From assembly GCA_032718475.1 (NCBI GenBank), contig JAUCBJ010005652.1:62001-126000 (forward strand): 64,000 nt of DNA, in the 5' to 3' direction. Of the stretch, positions 1 through 12,500 are shown piece after piece; within the stretch, counting starts at the first letter, position 1, and each line of letters starts with the position of its first letter. The position numbers were made by a program, and so were the translations under genes. The notes beneath the pieces were generated by a model. That model worked only from the letters and a program-made list of their open reading frames with translations, was not told the DNA's origin and searched no databases. The DNA comes from Nemertoderma westbladi (lineage: Eukaryota > Animalia > Xenacoelomorpha).

Positions 1-1
1 T

Positions 2-3000
2 GCTCAACCGCAGCCCCTACAGACCTATGCGGTAAGAACTAGAGTAGGTTGGTACTTTACTGGCCCTTCCCGTAGAACACTCAGAGAAAGACTACCGCAA
101 GAGAGAGTCTGCCAGGTGAGTGAATGGGAAGATGATGCTAGTGAAGGAGACGATTCAACTGAGGGAATTCCTTACTCCTCAGATAACGACGACGTTCACC
201 AGCTTTTTGATGAGGAGAATACCATCGATCTCCTTAAGGAAAACGAGGCTTGGCAAAACCAAGTGAACTTATGTCAACTTCTCTATCCATCTGAACGAGA
301 AGCTTACAACGACGAGTTAAATGACGTCATTGAGCGTTGCAATGCCAAGACTCGAGATGAACATGCAGTACGATTCTTTACGCAAGAGGCGGTAGAGCCC
401 AATTCCTACGATAAAGCCTTGTCGGTGGAAGAGGAAAGGGCCAAGCAGATCCAAGAGACAACTACACGTTTCCTCAAAGATCAAGGAAGGTACGAAGTCG
501 GTTTACCTTTTCGCAAGAGAGAACCGAAGTTCATCAATAACAGACCTTTGGCGGAAAAAAGAATCGCGCAACTCCATCGACGCCTTACGGCTAATTCTTC
601 AGCTTCATTCTTCAGCTAAAGTGTATCAAACACAGCTGGAAAAATTTATTAGTAAGGGATACGCGGAGAGAGTACCGGAAGAAACACCTGTGACTGAAAG
701 AACGTATTACTTAACTCACCATTACGTTCCTAAACCCGGTAAGCCACACGAAGTGAGAGTAGTGTTTGATGGCTCCGCTCTTTACATGGGTCAATCCCTT
801 AACTCTGAATTGTTACCCGGACCCAACTTGCTTCAATCTTTGTTGGGAATTCTTTTAAGATTGAGACAATATTCGATTGCTTTCGCCTCCGATATAGAAG
901 GCATGTTCTTACAAGTCAAGGTGCTAGATAGGGATCGAGATAGTCTACGATTTCTGTGGTGGCCCGAAGGAGATCTCAACCAGAAACCGGTGGAGTACTG
1001 GATGACCATCCAGGCCTTTGGGATAATCTCAAGCCCTTCCAACGCCTGTTCGGTAGTGCGTACCACTGCAGAGGACAACCGAGAGGCATTCTCTAAGGAA
1101 GTGATCGACAACATCAAGAGAGACATATATATGGACGACAATCTGAAGTCCCTTCCATCAGTTGAGGAAGCCATTGAGGTCGCTAAAGGAACGGTAGAGT
1201 GCTTAAAAAGAGGTGGGTTTCGATTAACGAAATTCACCAGCAACTCCCGTGAGTTTCTGGAGTCGATCCCTGCGGAGGATCGAGGAGCGAAAGATCTCGA
1301 TTTGATCAAAGATGATCTGCCAGAAACCAAGACACTCGGCTTGAAATGGGACACAGAGCGAGATATCCTGTTTTTTCAGCTAAAACAGAGAGATAATCCA
1401 GTTCGAACCAAACGGATTTGCTTAAGTATACTGAGCACTTATTTCGATCCATTGGGATTTATTAGCCCAGTTATATTGATTGCTCGTAGTTTGGTACAAC
1501 AAATGTGGCTTGAAAACCACTCATGGGACGATCCACTTAAGGGGGAATTATTGAAGCAGTGGATGAAATGGGAAGATTCTCTGCCAGCTATCGAGGATTT
1601 TATAATTTCCCGTTCATATTTTGGTCATGTTCTCCCTACGTATTCCTATCAACTCCATGTGTTTGGAGACGCCAGCGATATGGGAATAGGTATAGTAGCC
1701 TATCTAAGAGTGGAAACTCCGGATGGAATCAAAGTCGCCTTGGTTACTTCTAAGGCATTAATCAACAACAAGTTGAAAGTTCCTCGAGCGGAGTTAAAGG
1801 CGGCTCTATACGCTACAGCCATCGGCCGGAATGTAACAGAACAGATTGACTATCCATTAGAGAAAACTGTCTATTGGACCGACGCTTTACTCGTGTTAGA
1901 GTATATAACCAATGAAGTCTGTCAGTTCAGCGTCTTCGTTACCAACAGGGTAGCCATCATACTTAGTCGCACGACGATGGACCAATGGAGACATTGCCCC
2001 GGAACGATTAATCCAGCAGACATCGCGTCCCGAGGAGCGACTCCAAAGGAATTGGTAAATACTCCCGAATGGTTAGGAGGACCCGACTTTCTCTACAGGG
2101 AAGAAGAAGAATGGCCTCCTCATCTCACAACAGCAGAGATCAGACAGGCCAAGGGAGCGGAGAAAGTTAAACCCAAAACTCGAGCGAGTAAATCGAAGTT
2201 GTTTAAACCTGCGGTTGATCTATCTGTATTATTTACTTCCGGAGAGGATGCTTTGGATCAGAAACCCACCGCCACGGATAAAGAAGTCTTGGAAATCCGT
2301 GACAAGGATTGGAAATCTGGAATACCAGATATCGCACAAGGACTCTCACCTCTCTTGCAGAGAGCGATACGTCACTACAGCTCCTGGAATCGGCTCTGTA
2401 AAGCCGTCACCTATTTAAAACGATGTTTTCATCATCGTTACTCCGGGACAAAGACCAATAGTGATGATGCTCCATCAACATCTGCACGAGTCCAGGTTTC
2501 TAAAGGAGAAGATCAGTTACCAGGAGCATGATGAAACTAACAAACAGATGCTGAGACTCCTACAATGCTATGAGGATTCCGATAAGTATTTCCTGTTGTT
2601 AAGAAATCCGCAGATGCGCTTAAGGGATCGCTTCTCTAGTACCATGATAGATGGGTTAATACGTGTTGGAGGCAGGCTTACCAACGCCCCATTATCCTTT
2701 GACACTAAGTTCCCCATACTCATTAGAAATCTTGACATACAAATCAAGATAATTGTAGATGTTCATAGCAAACTGTACCATGCTGGTAGAGAACGAGTTC
2801 TGAGCGAAATTCGAACTCGCTACTATTTTTATAAACCCCGTAGGGCTCTGAACCAAGTTCTTAGGAACTGCATACCCTGTAAGAAAGCATTCAGTAGGCC
2901 TTTAACACAGCGAGAGGCAGAATTACCTAGGGAAAGAGTAAGCTTCTATGAACCACCCTTTACTAATACCGGTGTGGATTTATTTGGCCCTATTGAAGTA

Positions 3001-3949
3001 TATCGTGCCCGGACTATAGTCAAGAGATGGTGTGTCATCTTCGTTTGTATGACTTGTAGAGCTATCCATCTCGATATGGTAAACGATCTATCCACCAACA
3101 GCTTCGTGTTGAGTTTACGACGACAGATCGCTCGCTTCGGAACCAGTAACACGATGAGATCGGATAAGGGAACGAACTTCATTGGCGCCAACAACGAAAT
3201 TCAAGCTTACGTAAAGGACTGGAACAAAAGACAGGTGGACGATCAGCTAAGGATAACAGCGTCTAGCTGGACCTTCAACGCCGCCGACGCCCCTTGGTGG
3301 GGAGGAAGTTGGGAGAGATTGATTAGGAGCGTGAAGACTGCGTTCCACTTTATTTGTGCCTTGTCGCGCTTATCTCACCGACGAACTATTGCGGACGTTA
3401 ATGGAGGAAATCGCCGCCTATCTCAACGAAAGACCGCTTATGCCAGTCTCTTCAAATCCTGATTCCCTGGAAGCGCTAACACCCGCGCACTTTCTACTGA
3501 AGAAACCCGTAGCCATGCTCCCACGATCGGAGATCACAGACGGAGACGAGTACTGCCGTCGAACCTGGCAACTTATGCAGTTGCTATCCCGTCGTTTCGC
3601 TGACCATTTCGAGAAACATTACCTGCCCACTCTACAACTTCGAACTAAGTGGTTTGCGCAGCAAGAAAACGTCAGCGCTGGAGACATGGTACTTATTGTG
3701 GACCCCGATCTCCCACGTAAGCGATGGCAAACAGGACGTATCATCGAGACGTATATCTCGAGCGATGGTTTGGTGCGATCAGTAGAGCTCGTCGTCATGC
3801 GGCGGAACTTTAAGAAACCAGGGATAGTCTTTGAGACTCAACAGCTCAATCGCCCAGTGGGACGTTTATGTTTACTGGAAAGAGACAGAGAGCTCTCCGG
3901 AAACTATGGAAGGCAAGAAACTCTTCCCACGACCACTTCCCTAATCTAA
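2..3949 (+). pseudogene. pol: BEL/Pao pol (post-protease linker, RT, RNase H/Peptidase_A17 region, integrase, DUF5641-like C-terminus), broken by three frameshifts
   Basis: ORFs 2-619, 621-2531, 2461-3462, 3356-3949; motifs RVVFDGS, DIEGMFLQV, YMDD, FDPLG, LHVFGDAS, NPADIASRG, H..HAG..C..C, GVDLFGP, SDKGTNF, PWWGGSWERL; the first shift coincides with a TTCTTCAGCT duplication near 595-617. Confidence 0.93.
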
Positions 3950-4520
3950 CCGACATCTAGGGACTCCCCAACTTAATATCGTTCGGAGTGGGCGTGTGAC
4001 TCTATTATTTTATATTATTTTATTATTTTTATATTTATGTATGTATTACTATGTAATTTTATTATAATCGTTTTATTTAATTTAGTAGAATATTATTTAG
4101 CGATTATTTTGTAGAATAGTGCAATATATTCGTGTTTATTACGTACGTAATTACTTATATTATATTTAGTGAGACGGCGAAGAAATAATTATTTTTTTTC
4201 TCTTTCCTTACTGTCCGTATTATATTATAAATACGTAACTACAGTAAGATGAAATGTCCGTACTTATTAAAGTACAATAAAGCCACTACTATATTTAAGT
4301 ATTATTGGTAGGCAGAGTATTAGGAATGCAAAGTTCAGATCCTCGTGTCTCGGCTAAACCAAGCTCTGGGTAGACCTTGGAAACGACTTGCCTCTTCACA
4401 CTGACATTGCTTCGTGCGATATTGCTCTCATACCGTATATAATAATACATATAGTAGCGTGATGTCCCTCTAACAGTAGCGTAAAACGCACATAAATCTG
4501 TTAAACCTTTTGACCATCTG

Positions 4521-4800
4521 TAATTCTAGTCGATTAAGATATCGCGGCACCCACCGATATACTTGAAAGACAAATTCTAGAATCAGTGGTTAACGTCCCC
4601 AGACAAGTTCTGGAATAAATCGGTGCCCATCTCAAATATTAATTATTTAATATTTGCAAATCTAATAAATCAAAATCTGTAAAATTCAGATCCTTCAACA
4701 ATTCTAGTCAATTAAGATATCGTAGCATTTACCGATATTCTTAAAAAGGACAATTGTCATAGAATTAAGGATCTTGTGTCCCCAGACATGTTCTAGAATC
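4521..4800 (+). repeat. Diverged direct repeat (period ~179 bp) in the BEL post-pol region; also present in copy C (~49770-50035)
   Basis: AATTCTAGTCRATTAAGATATCG...CCGATAT...TCCCCAGACA.GTTCT.GAAT occurs twice. Confidence 0.75.
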
Positions 4801-5624
4801 AAAATATGTCCATTTAATTATCAAATAATAAAATTTCAGGGAATAATTTAAATTCATGCCTTTTAATGAATTTAATAAATTGTCATTTTTACGCAATGTA
4901 TAACATTCCCAAAACTCCATTAATTAATAGATCAAGGGAGCGGAGATTTATCTTATTATGAGTATGAGTGTGCGAAGTCTCCCAAACATAGTCAATAGCC
5001 GATAAAATTCATAAAGTCATGTATAAAACAGGACTTGACTATTAAAGAATTACTATTAAATAACATCCCAGATCTGTATGCATTGGAATTACCCTAATTC
5101 TACCGCTAGCTTTACATAATGTCACCATAGCAACAACCACGCTAGAATTAGAATTGAGTTAAGAGAACAATAGAAAGCTTGTCCCATTGAATAGCATAGG
5201 GAATAAATAGTGCACTGATAGTATCCAAGGATACATAATAATACAGTGACATTCTGGAAGGCATTGACTAACGGACAAGTGACCCGAGTGTGTGTAATTT
5301 GTGACAAGTTGTGTGTGTGGTACTTGTGAGTTTATAGGCGAATGTTACTACTAAAGTGTGTTTACAGTAGCCAGTCGCAATCGTAAAGTAACCTAACTCC
5401 AAGGAAAACCTGAAGTACATCTAAGACTTTGGGACGGACAGTTGAGTGACTTGTGCCGGTTGTCGTTGTCGTTGTGCGGCTACGTCGTTGGCGAAAGTAC
5501 AGCGGCTACGACACATCGGCGCTGAGGATCTCGTACTGTCCGGGGGTTGATTGGGGTAGGCAGCGACGCCCGCTCGCCTAAATATAAACTCATTATAATA
5601 TGGATAAACTCATATATAGCAGAT

Positions 5625-5928
5625 ATGACGGAGTTGATAGAAGATGGTCTTAGTATCGGGGAGCGATATACTCTACTTTTACAAGCGTTTGTTGATAGCT
5701 TAATACGCGGTGACGTTAGTCCAACTGCTGCGGAGGACGATGGTCGTTATATCGAACCGCCAATGTCCCAAGAGCAGCTCGCGCGAGTTGGACTATAGAA
5801 AATTCGCTGCTCGATATACGCAGCGTAATGGTACGTATATGGTCTTCTTAACTACTGGTCATCCTATCGATTTACATAATACGGACTATGTCGACTATAT
5901 ATCCTGCCCAGCGGAGTCGGAACCATAA
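5625..5928 (+). pseudogene. Accessory ORF of BEL copy A (~100 aa, one frameshift), unknown function
   Basis: MTELIED...AFVDSLIRG...EDDGRYIEPPMSQEQL / ELDYRK...TTGHPIDLH; homologous to copy C 48685-48958 with many synonymous differences. Confidence 0.65.
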
Positions 5929-6748
5929 ACTGAAATTCGAATGCGAAAATTCTATTCGAAATCGACTCGAAAGAAAAGACACTAAAGAAACAAATAAACG
6001 CGGTAACTCCAACATATATTTGGAATTCTTGATAGAAGCATTGTAACAACAAATAAATATCATCCGCGTTTCCCCTACAAGACGTGCGTCTTTGGTATTA
6101 TTACGATAAATGCCCTAGACCCAACTAATAAACGGAAAGACATAAACATCCACGGAAACGTTGTGTTAAACACAGTTGTGCTCGTTATATTTACTGGAGT
6201 TTCGAGCGAAACTTGTTTGACGTATCACCTATGCTCACTCGGCTCGAACGATCCTGGAGTAAACCTACGATCAGAGTCCCGGAATACTCGGTCAAACCTC
6301 CTCATTCCTTAGTTGGACCTCAGACCTGCGATCCTGGTGGTGTCGCGGATCCTCGCGGACTGTATTCACTGTTCAAAGATCTAGTGCTACCCTAACAATT
6401 AATCGGTAACACTCCGACAGTGATTTCTAGCTAGCCGCCCATCTTACCTAGCCGGATTGTGACGCGGACACCTAATATCATTATCCAACCGTATGGTCGT
6501 TCCCGTTTAACGCGATACAACCCTTCATCAAGGTGAAGGAGAGTGTTGTACGAAACGAGTTAAACGCTATTCTATAAAGATCAAAAAAGACACCTGCGTT
6601 TGTTCAGATAAACGTAAGTTATAACAGTAAGTCCAATCGATAAACGAATTGGCCTTATCTCAGTTCGATTGGGAAATCTCGAATCTCTAAGAAGATATCA
6701 AGCTTAGAAAACCCTATTCTCTGCGAGAGTTTTGGACGAACGTATCCC

Positions 6749-6955
6749 ATGATAAGCGGAGGAAAATCAGCTCGAGGAGAAGCATATCGAAATGGACGAG
6801 ACACCGACCGTAAACCCAAACCTTCTGATGCAATCATATTGCACCCTTCACCCAGGAGTTATAGCCCTCCTTGTAAAGTGGCTCGCCCCAAAGAGAAAAA
6901 GACTCTTGCTAGCTTTAAAAAACTGCGTAAACGCCGTCCGCGCAAGAAAGACTAA
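6749..6955 (+). CDS. Short basic ORF ending just before the PPT (…KEKKTLASFKKLRKRRPRKKD); possibly the end of a longer degraded accessory ORF
   Basis: Nearly identical C-terminus in copy C ORF 47695-48027. Confidence 0.4.
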   Translation: MISGGKSARGEAYRNGRDTDRKPKPSDAIILHPSPRSYSPPCKVARPKEKKTLASFKKLRKRRPRKKD

Positions 6956-7033
6956 CTGTTTAGAGTATTTTTATATTTTAGAAACTGTGATTTTGTATAT
7001 TTTATAGACTTAAATCCCATTTTCTGGGAGCGG

Positions 7034-8208
7034 TGTAAAAGCTTTTGTGGGATAACTGGTTCGTTTGCCTTGCTGGCCAGTTCCCCCCCGGTCGCTAGAA
7101 TACTCTAAAAGGGATTTATAGCTAAAATAGTGCAAGCTACCAGCTTATTGACTGATTTGCTGTACGAAGGTATCTGGGCTCCGTTTAATCGGCCAACCAG
7201 CCTAGGAAAGTTGCGTCATAGCCCTATTTCTGTATCTGCCAATAGAATTTGAGTTGGCTTTGATCTTGACCTATCACAGAGCTACTGAACTGAATTTTCC
7301 TATCTCACTGCTCTTTCTCTGTGTTGGACGGGAGCTTCGTGGAATAAGGGTAGCTGGTATTCTTATAGTTATTCTTATCAGTTTTTAGTGTTGTTGGTGA
7401 TTCTAAGCCAGGAAGAACGGCTTTAGCCCTACACTAGTAGGCTTAATTATAAGGACATATATCCGTTATCTGATGTCTGATCACTGCATACCATACATTC
7501 AACCATACCTAATCAAACAACCTGTGCATACTTTATATTGTTATACTGCTATTTACTGTCAGTTCTTCATAATATGGTTGATGAATTATTATATTTGGAA
7601 TAACGATAAATAACCCCGAAACCCAATATTCTTGATATACCGAAGGTAAGAGAGAAGGGTTACATATAACAATTGTGACTTATGTTGGAGTGGTTTGAAG
7701 TGAATCTAATGTTATTTGATAGACCCTACATGATTCGGTCCGTGTTCCTTTTATATGTGACTAAAATCAGTGAAGATCGGCAGATCAGTGTGCAGTATTG
7801 TGCAGCATTGTGTATGAGTGAACCTGATAACGAAGCATTTCCTAAAGAATGCGCCATATATGTGAATTATAACTAAGCCATATCGTTGTGAGTAGTTTAA
7901 GTCATAACTCTGTTTGTATAAATAGAGCGCCACGTCCTAAAGGAACTGTTAATATTCCCCGAAGGTGAATAATATTGTCAGAGATTATATAATACTGTCA
8001 GTCGAATAATACATTAGGCTTACATAGCAATAAAATTAAGCCGTCGAACCCAATCTCCCGGGTATATCCAGCGGGTGAATGATCGCGCACAGATTGGTTT
8101 CGACTAGTGTAGTGAATTAAATACTTGTCATAGGCTAAAGGTGATTTATTATCTAGAAGACATCCTAATTTGGCGGGTTAAACTGCCAAAGGTCTGAAAG
8201 CGCGAACA
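7034..8208 (+). repeat. 3' LTR of BEL copy A (1175 bp), preceded by a short purine-rich PPT-like GGGAGCGG
   Basis: TG...CA termini; homologous to 18584-19795, 46381-47616, 57052-58287 and 63406-64000. Confidence 0.92.
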
Positions 8209-9575
8209 TCAGCAGTGGTGCGCACTACTGAACAGGCGTTCGAGGGGCTCGAGATGATTCCGAAAGCCTGGATGGTCATCCAGTATTCCACAGGTTTTTG
8301 GCTGAGGTTTCCTTCAGGCCACCACAGAAATCGCAGGCTGTCTCGATCCCTATCCAGCGCCTTAACTTGTAAGAACATGCCTTCTATATCCGAGGCGAAA
8401 GCGATCGAATATTGTCGTAATCTTAAGAGTATTCCCAACAAGGATTGGAGTAAGTTGGGTCCCGGCAACAACTCGGAGTTAAGAGATTGGCCCATGTAGA
8501 GGGCGGAGCCGTCAAATACTACCCGGACTTCGTTGGGTTTACCGGGTTTGGGAACGTAATGATGTGTTAAATAGTACGTTCTCTCAGTTATGGGTGTTTC
8601 TTCCGGTACTCGCTCCGCATATCCCTTGTCGATGAATTTCTTCAGCTGGGTCTTGTACATCTCCTTAGCTGAAGCATTTGCCGTAAGGCGTCGATGTAGT
8701 TGCGCGATTCTCTTCTCTGCCAAGGGTCGGTTATTTATAAAATTAGGTTCTCGCCATCGGAAAGGCAGACCAATCTCATACCTACCTTGATCTTTAAGAA
8801 AACGTGTAGTCGTTTCCTGTATCTGTTTGGCTCTTTCTTCTTCTACCAATAGGGCCTTATCGTAGGAATTAGGCTCTACAGCTTCTTGAGTAAAGAATCG
8901 TACGGCGTGTTCATCGCGAGTCTTCGCGTTGTAACGATCTATCACTTCATTCAGTTCGTCGTTGTAATCGACTTGTCCACCTGGATGGATTAGGTGACAC
9001 AGGTTCACTTGGTTTTGCCAAGTTTCATTTTCCGTAAGGAGATCGATGGTATTCTCCTCGTCGAATAGTTGATGAATATCGTCATTATCTGAGGAGTATG
9101 GTGTTCCCTCAGGTGTGTCGTCTCCCTCACAGATTTCCTCTTCCCATTCACTCACCTGATGGACTTGATCTTTAGGTAGCCTTTCCATGAGAGTCCTACG
9201 GGAAGGTCCAGTAAAGTACCAACCTACTCTAGTTCTTCCCGCATAGGTTTGCAGTTGAGCAGGCCGTTTCTCTAATGTCTCAAGCGCCTCATGCGCATTT
9301 TGGCCGATGAGTATTTGTACCCCTGGGCAGTCGGTGTTGAATCTAGGTATCTCATGCTGCTGGGTGAAATTGTCTTCATCCCAGTTATAAGGTTCCACTT
9401 GGCTGGTAGCGAAGTTCTTTATCGCCACCATTTTTACTGACCTTATACTGTGTTCTCCTAGTTCACCTGGGGGGTGGACAATGCGCCTACATAGTAGTCT
9501 GTAGCTACTGTAGATTTCCAAACCTGCATAATTCCTGAAAGGTTCAACTTAGTTCGGAACTTGGGTTGTCCAACA
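8209..9575 (-). pseudogene. pol: Copy B pol fragment (post-protease region to RT N-terminal half)
   Basis: ORF 8178-9521 closely matches copy A protein (YLTHHYVPKPGKP, RVVFDGS, DIEGMFLQV); truncated at the copy A LTR. Confidence 0.9.
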
Positions 9576-12500
9576 TTCATTTCATTTCATTTGTTTTAAT
9601 CAATTTACTTGATATAGTAAAATTGCACAATTGTACAAGGGTAAGTAAGCATTAAATAAAATAAAAAAGGAAACAAAGCACAGATATCAGTTAATAACAT
9701 AGCAATATATATGGACTAGGGTAGCTGTTAGAATCTGAGTACACGAAAGTGTGGTGGGGCGAGCCATGGTAGTAGGTGGGTGGTGATGTGTGACATGTCA
9801 TTTTCATTAGACATTATAGAATTCCATGATACGGGCGCGTTTTTGATTGATGTTAGTATTTTGTAGTCGGAAGCAGTTCTGTATGAAGTTTGCATTATGG
9901 AAATCATTTTGTGAGGGGCTGGCAGTGCAGATACGCTCAGTGATGGATGTAGTTCTGTATTTGAAGTTTATAATTGAACGTAGCTGTGGCAGGGGGTATG
10001 TGGCCAGTGCTCTGTGATATCCACTTGAAATTCCCTTACGTAACTGGGAGTTACCCATGTTGAGTTGTGAGGCAATGCGGAAAGGTAACTGTAGCTCGAG
10101 ACTGGGGCAATCAAGTGTTCTAACTAAGGTTCTATAGCAACTCCGATAGGCAATGATCGATAATGGTGGGGTCCCTGAGAGTAGATAGAGTGTATTATTC
10201 TCCAAATAGTTCCCAAGAAGTAAGAGGCCACGTTGCACCTTGCGGTGGTAGGCGTCGAGTTTGTCGATATCCTTTCGGCGTAGGGATCCAATAGTCAGAG
10301 TTAATCTGTAGATTATGACAGGGACGGCGAGTGTGTTCCACATCTTAAAGATGGTCTCTAGGTTGAGCCACCTTGCTGTCCATCCTTTGGTATGGAAAAC
10401 TTGCGACATCATGGCTATTGTCTGGATACCATCGTGGAGGTTGCTAGCGGGGTTAGAATTTCCCAGTTTGTGTCCGAGGAATTTCAGATGGTCCGACATT
10501 TGGATTAGTGATCCGTTGACTGTAATGAAACATTCCTTGTGGGTCATATAGTTACGGTTTAGGATCGTCCATTTTGTTTTCTTCATGTCGATTTGGAGGG
10601 ATACCTGTGCAGCTTCCTGTATGAGTATGTCGCACATCTTCTCGACGGATTTAAGCGAGGTTCCCAGGAGTAGGTAATCGTCAGCATAGGCCACTGTACC
10701 AAGCCAGGATGTGTCAATTCGGCATCCGAGGTTACTATGTTCTATTCTGCTTAAGATGTTGGAGGTGTAAAGATTGTAGAGGATAGGTGAGATGAGTGAT
10801 CCCTGTTTCAATCCCCGCGAGACTTTTATTGGAGTTGGGTCGACTAGATTGCCGAATTTGAGGAAGATTTTGCTCGATCCAAAGTAAGCTAAGATAAGGC
10901 AAATAATGTAAGGATTAACATTGTTGTTCAGCATCTTTTCTACTAAGATAGTGTGGTCGACGTTATCGAAAGCCGCCTCAATGTCAAGTTGGCAAACGTA
11001 TACTGGCGATCCTTTCGATGTGTATTGTTCCACCGTTTCCAGTATTGTAGCGACTACTATGTCAGTGCTGTGTTTTCTCTTGTAGGCAGTTTGGTTCCCA
11101 TGTGAGGTCAAGTTGTTTAGATAGTCAGATAGAAGGATATGTTCGAGCACCTTGGCAAGTAGGCTGATGGATGAGACGGGCCTGTATGATGTAGGTTCTA
11201 GGGTAGAGCGACCCTTTCCTTTGTAGATACTTGATATCACTGTATGACCAAATGTAGAGGGGACCTCTTTGAGAGTGAGACAGCAGTTGATGAGTCGGGC
11301 AAGTGTGTCAGAAATTAAATCAGGATTAAGGGATAGGAGGTGTTCAACTGTCATAGATACATAGTCAGGGGCCTTGCCCCTGGAGAGTGAAGATATCGCC
11401 CGTTTAACTGCAAGGGGGGTTATGGTTGGTGGGATAGATGATCTGCACTGCTGTTCTAGAATATCATGGATGTTTTGGAGTTTGGCTGCATCTTTCATTG
11501 TGGTTGAACTGAACTTTTCCTCATTGTGTTTGCGAATAATTGATTGCATTTCTGGGGTGAGGGGCTGATTGTCTTTTCGATTAATGTTGCTCCAGAAATA
11601 CTGTGGGTTCAATGTTCGTTTAGAACACCAGCGGCGGGCAGTGTTCGCAACAAGGTTTGTGTGGAGGAAGTTTCTGAGGCGTCTAGTGGACCGCTTAGAT
11701 TCTTTAAAAGATTCACCGGACAGGTGATTGTCATCCTTCCCATGTGATACCCAAATTTTGTAAAGGTCCTTAGTTGTTTTACTACGTCGGTCAAGTAACT
11801 GTGAGCGTATTCTGATGTTCTTTGTCTTCTTGTTCACCTTAATCGTGGGTATGTGGAGTATAGCTGCAGCCATGATAACGGATTGAATGGTATCGCAAAT
11901 ATTATCAAGTTCTGACTTGGGGGAGCTACACTCTAGAAGGTGATGAAGATCTTTTTGAAGTACTGATAATCCTTCATCCACAGCTGATTTGTATAAGTCC
12001 CGTTGCGCGGTTGTTGCTCTGTTCCAAGCAAATTTATGTTGCCGTACCTTCTTGTGTGGGTTTTCTGTTGGGTTGGTTATAGGTTGGCATATCTTGAAAT
12101 GGGCAGTGATAGGTGTGTGATCGGATAGGTTGTTGGAAGGGTCGTGCTCGTATACCCGGCCATTGGTGAAAGAGTTTAGACAGTTACTGGAGGTGACTAT
12201 GTGATCGAGGTAAGATTCGCCGTGTGCCCCTTTAAATGTTACACATGGTCCTTGGAGGGCTGCATGAGTGTCAGCTGCCACTAAGCTGTTTGTACGTAAA
12301 AAGTTATTGAGGAGGTGGCCCCTTTCGGAGCATCCATGTTGACTTGTTCTGGGTCCTTGTAGATCGCCTAGATCTGCATTGAAGTCAGCGAGGATGAGTG
12401 GGGTTGCCATTGGATACAAGTTAATAAGGGCTCGGAGGCGTCCAAGGAACTCATGATATAAGTATATCTCTTTACCGGAATCTGGGGCGTAGGGAGACAG

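Larger units (their letters stand above)
1..8208 (+). mobile_element. BEL/Pao LTR retrotransposon copy A (5' part outside window): pol, ~3 kb accessory region and 3' LTR; inserted in opposite orientation into the RT of copy B
   Basis: pol order RT-RNaseH-IN; LTR TGTAAAAGC...CGCGAACA at 7034-8208; 8209 onward is copy B RT read on the minus strand (…VVRTTA). Confidence 0.93.

Noticed and set aside
833-1354. Antisense ORF shared by copies A and B (also 8215-8499)
   Set aside because: Shadow of the conserved RT frame, with no independent coding evidence.
3950-7033. env gene in the long post-pol region
   Set aside because: No long ORF, signal peptide, TM anchor or Cys-rich glycoprotein pattern in copy A or C.
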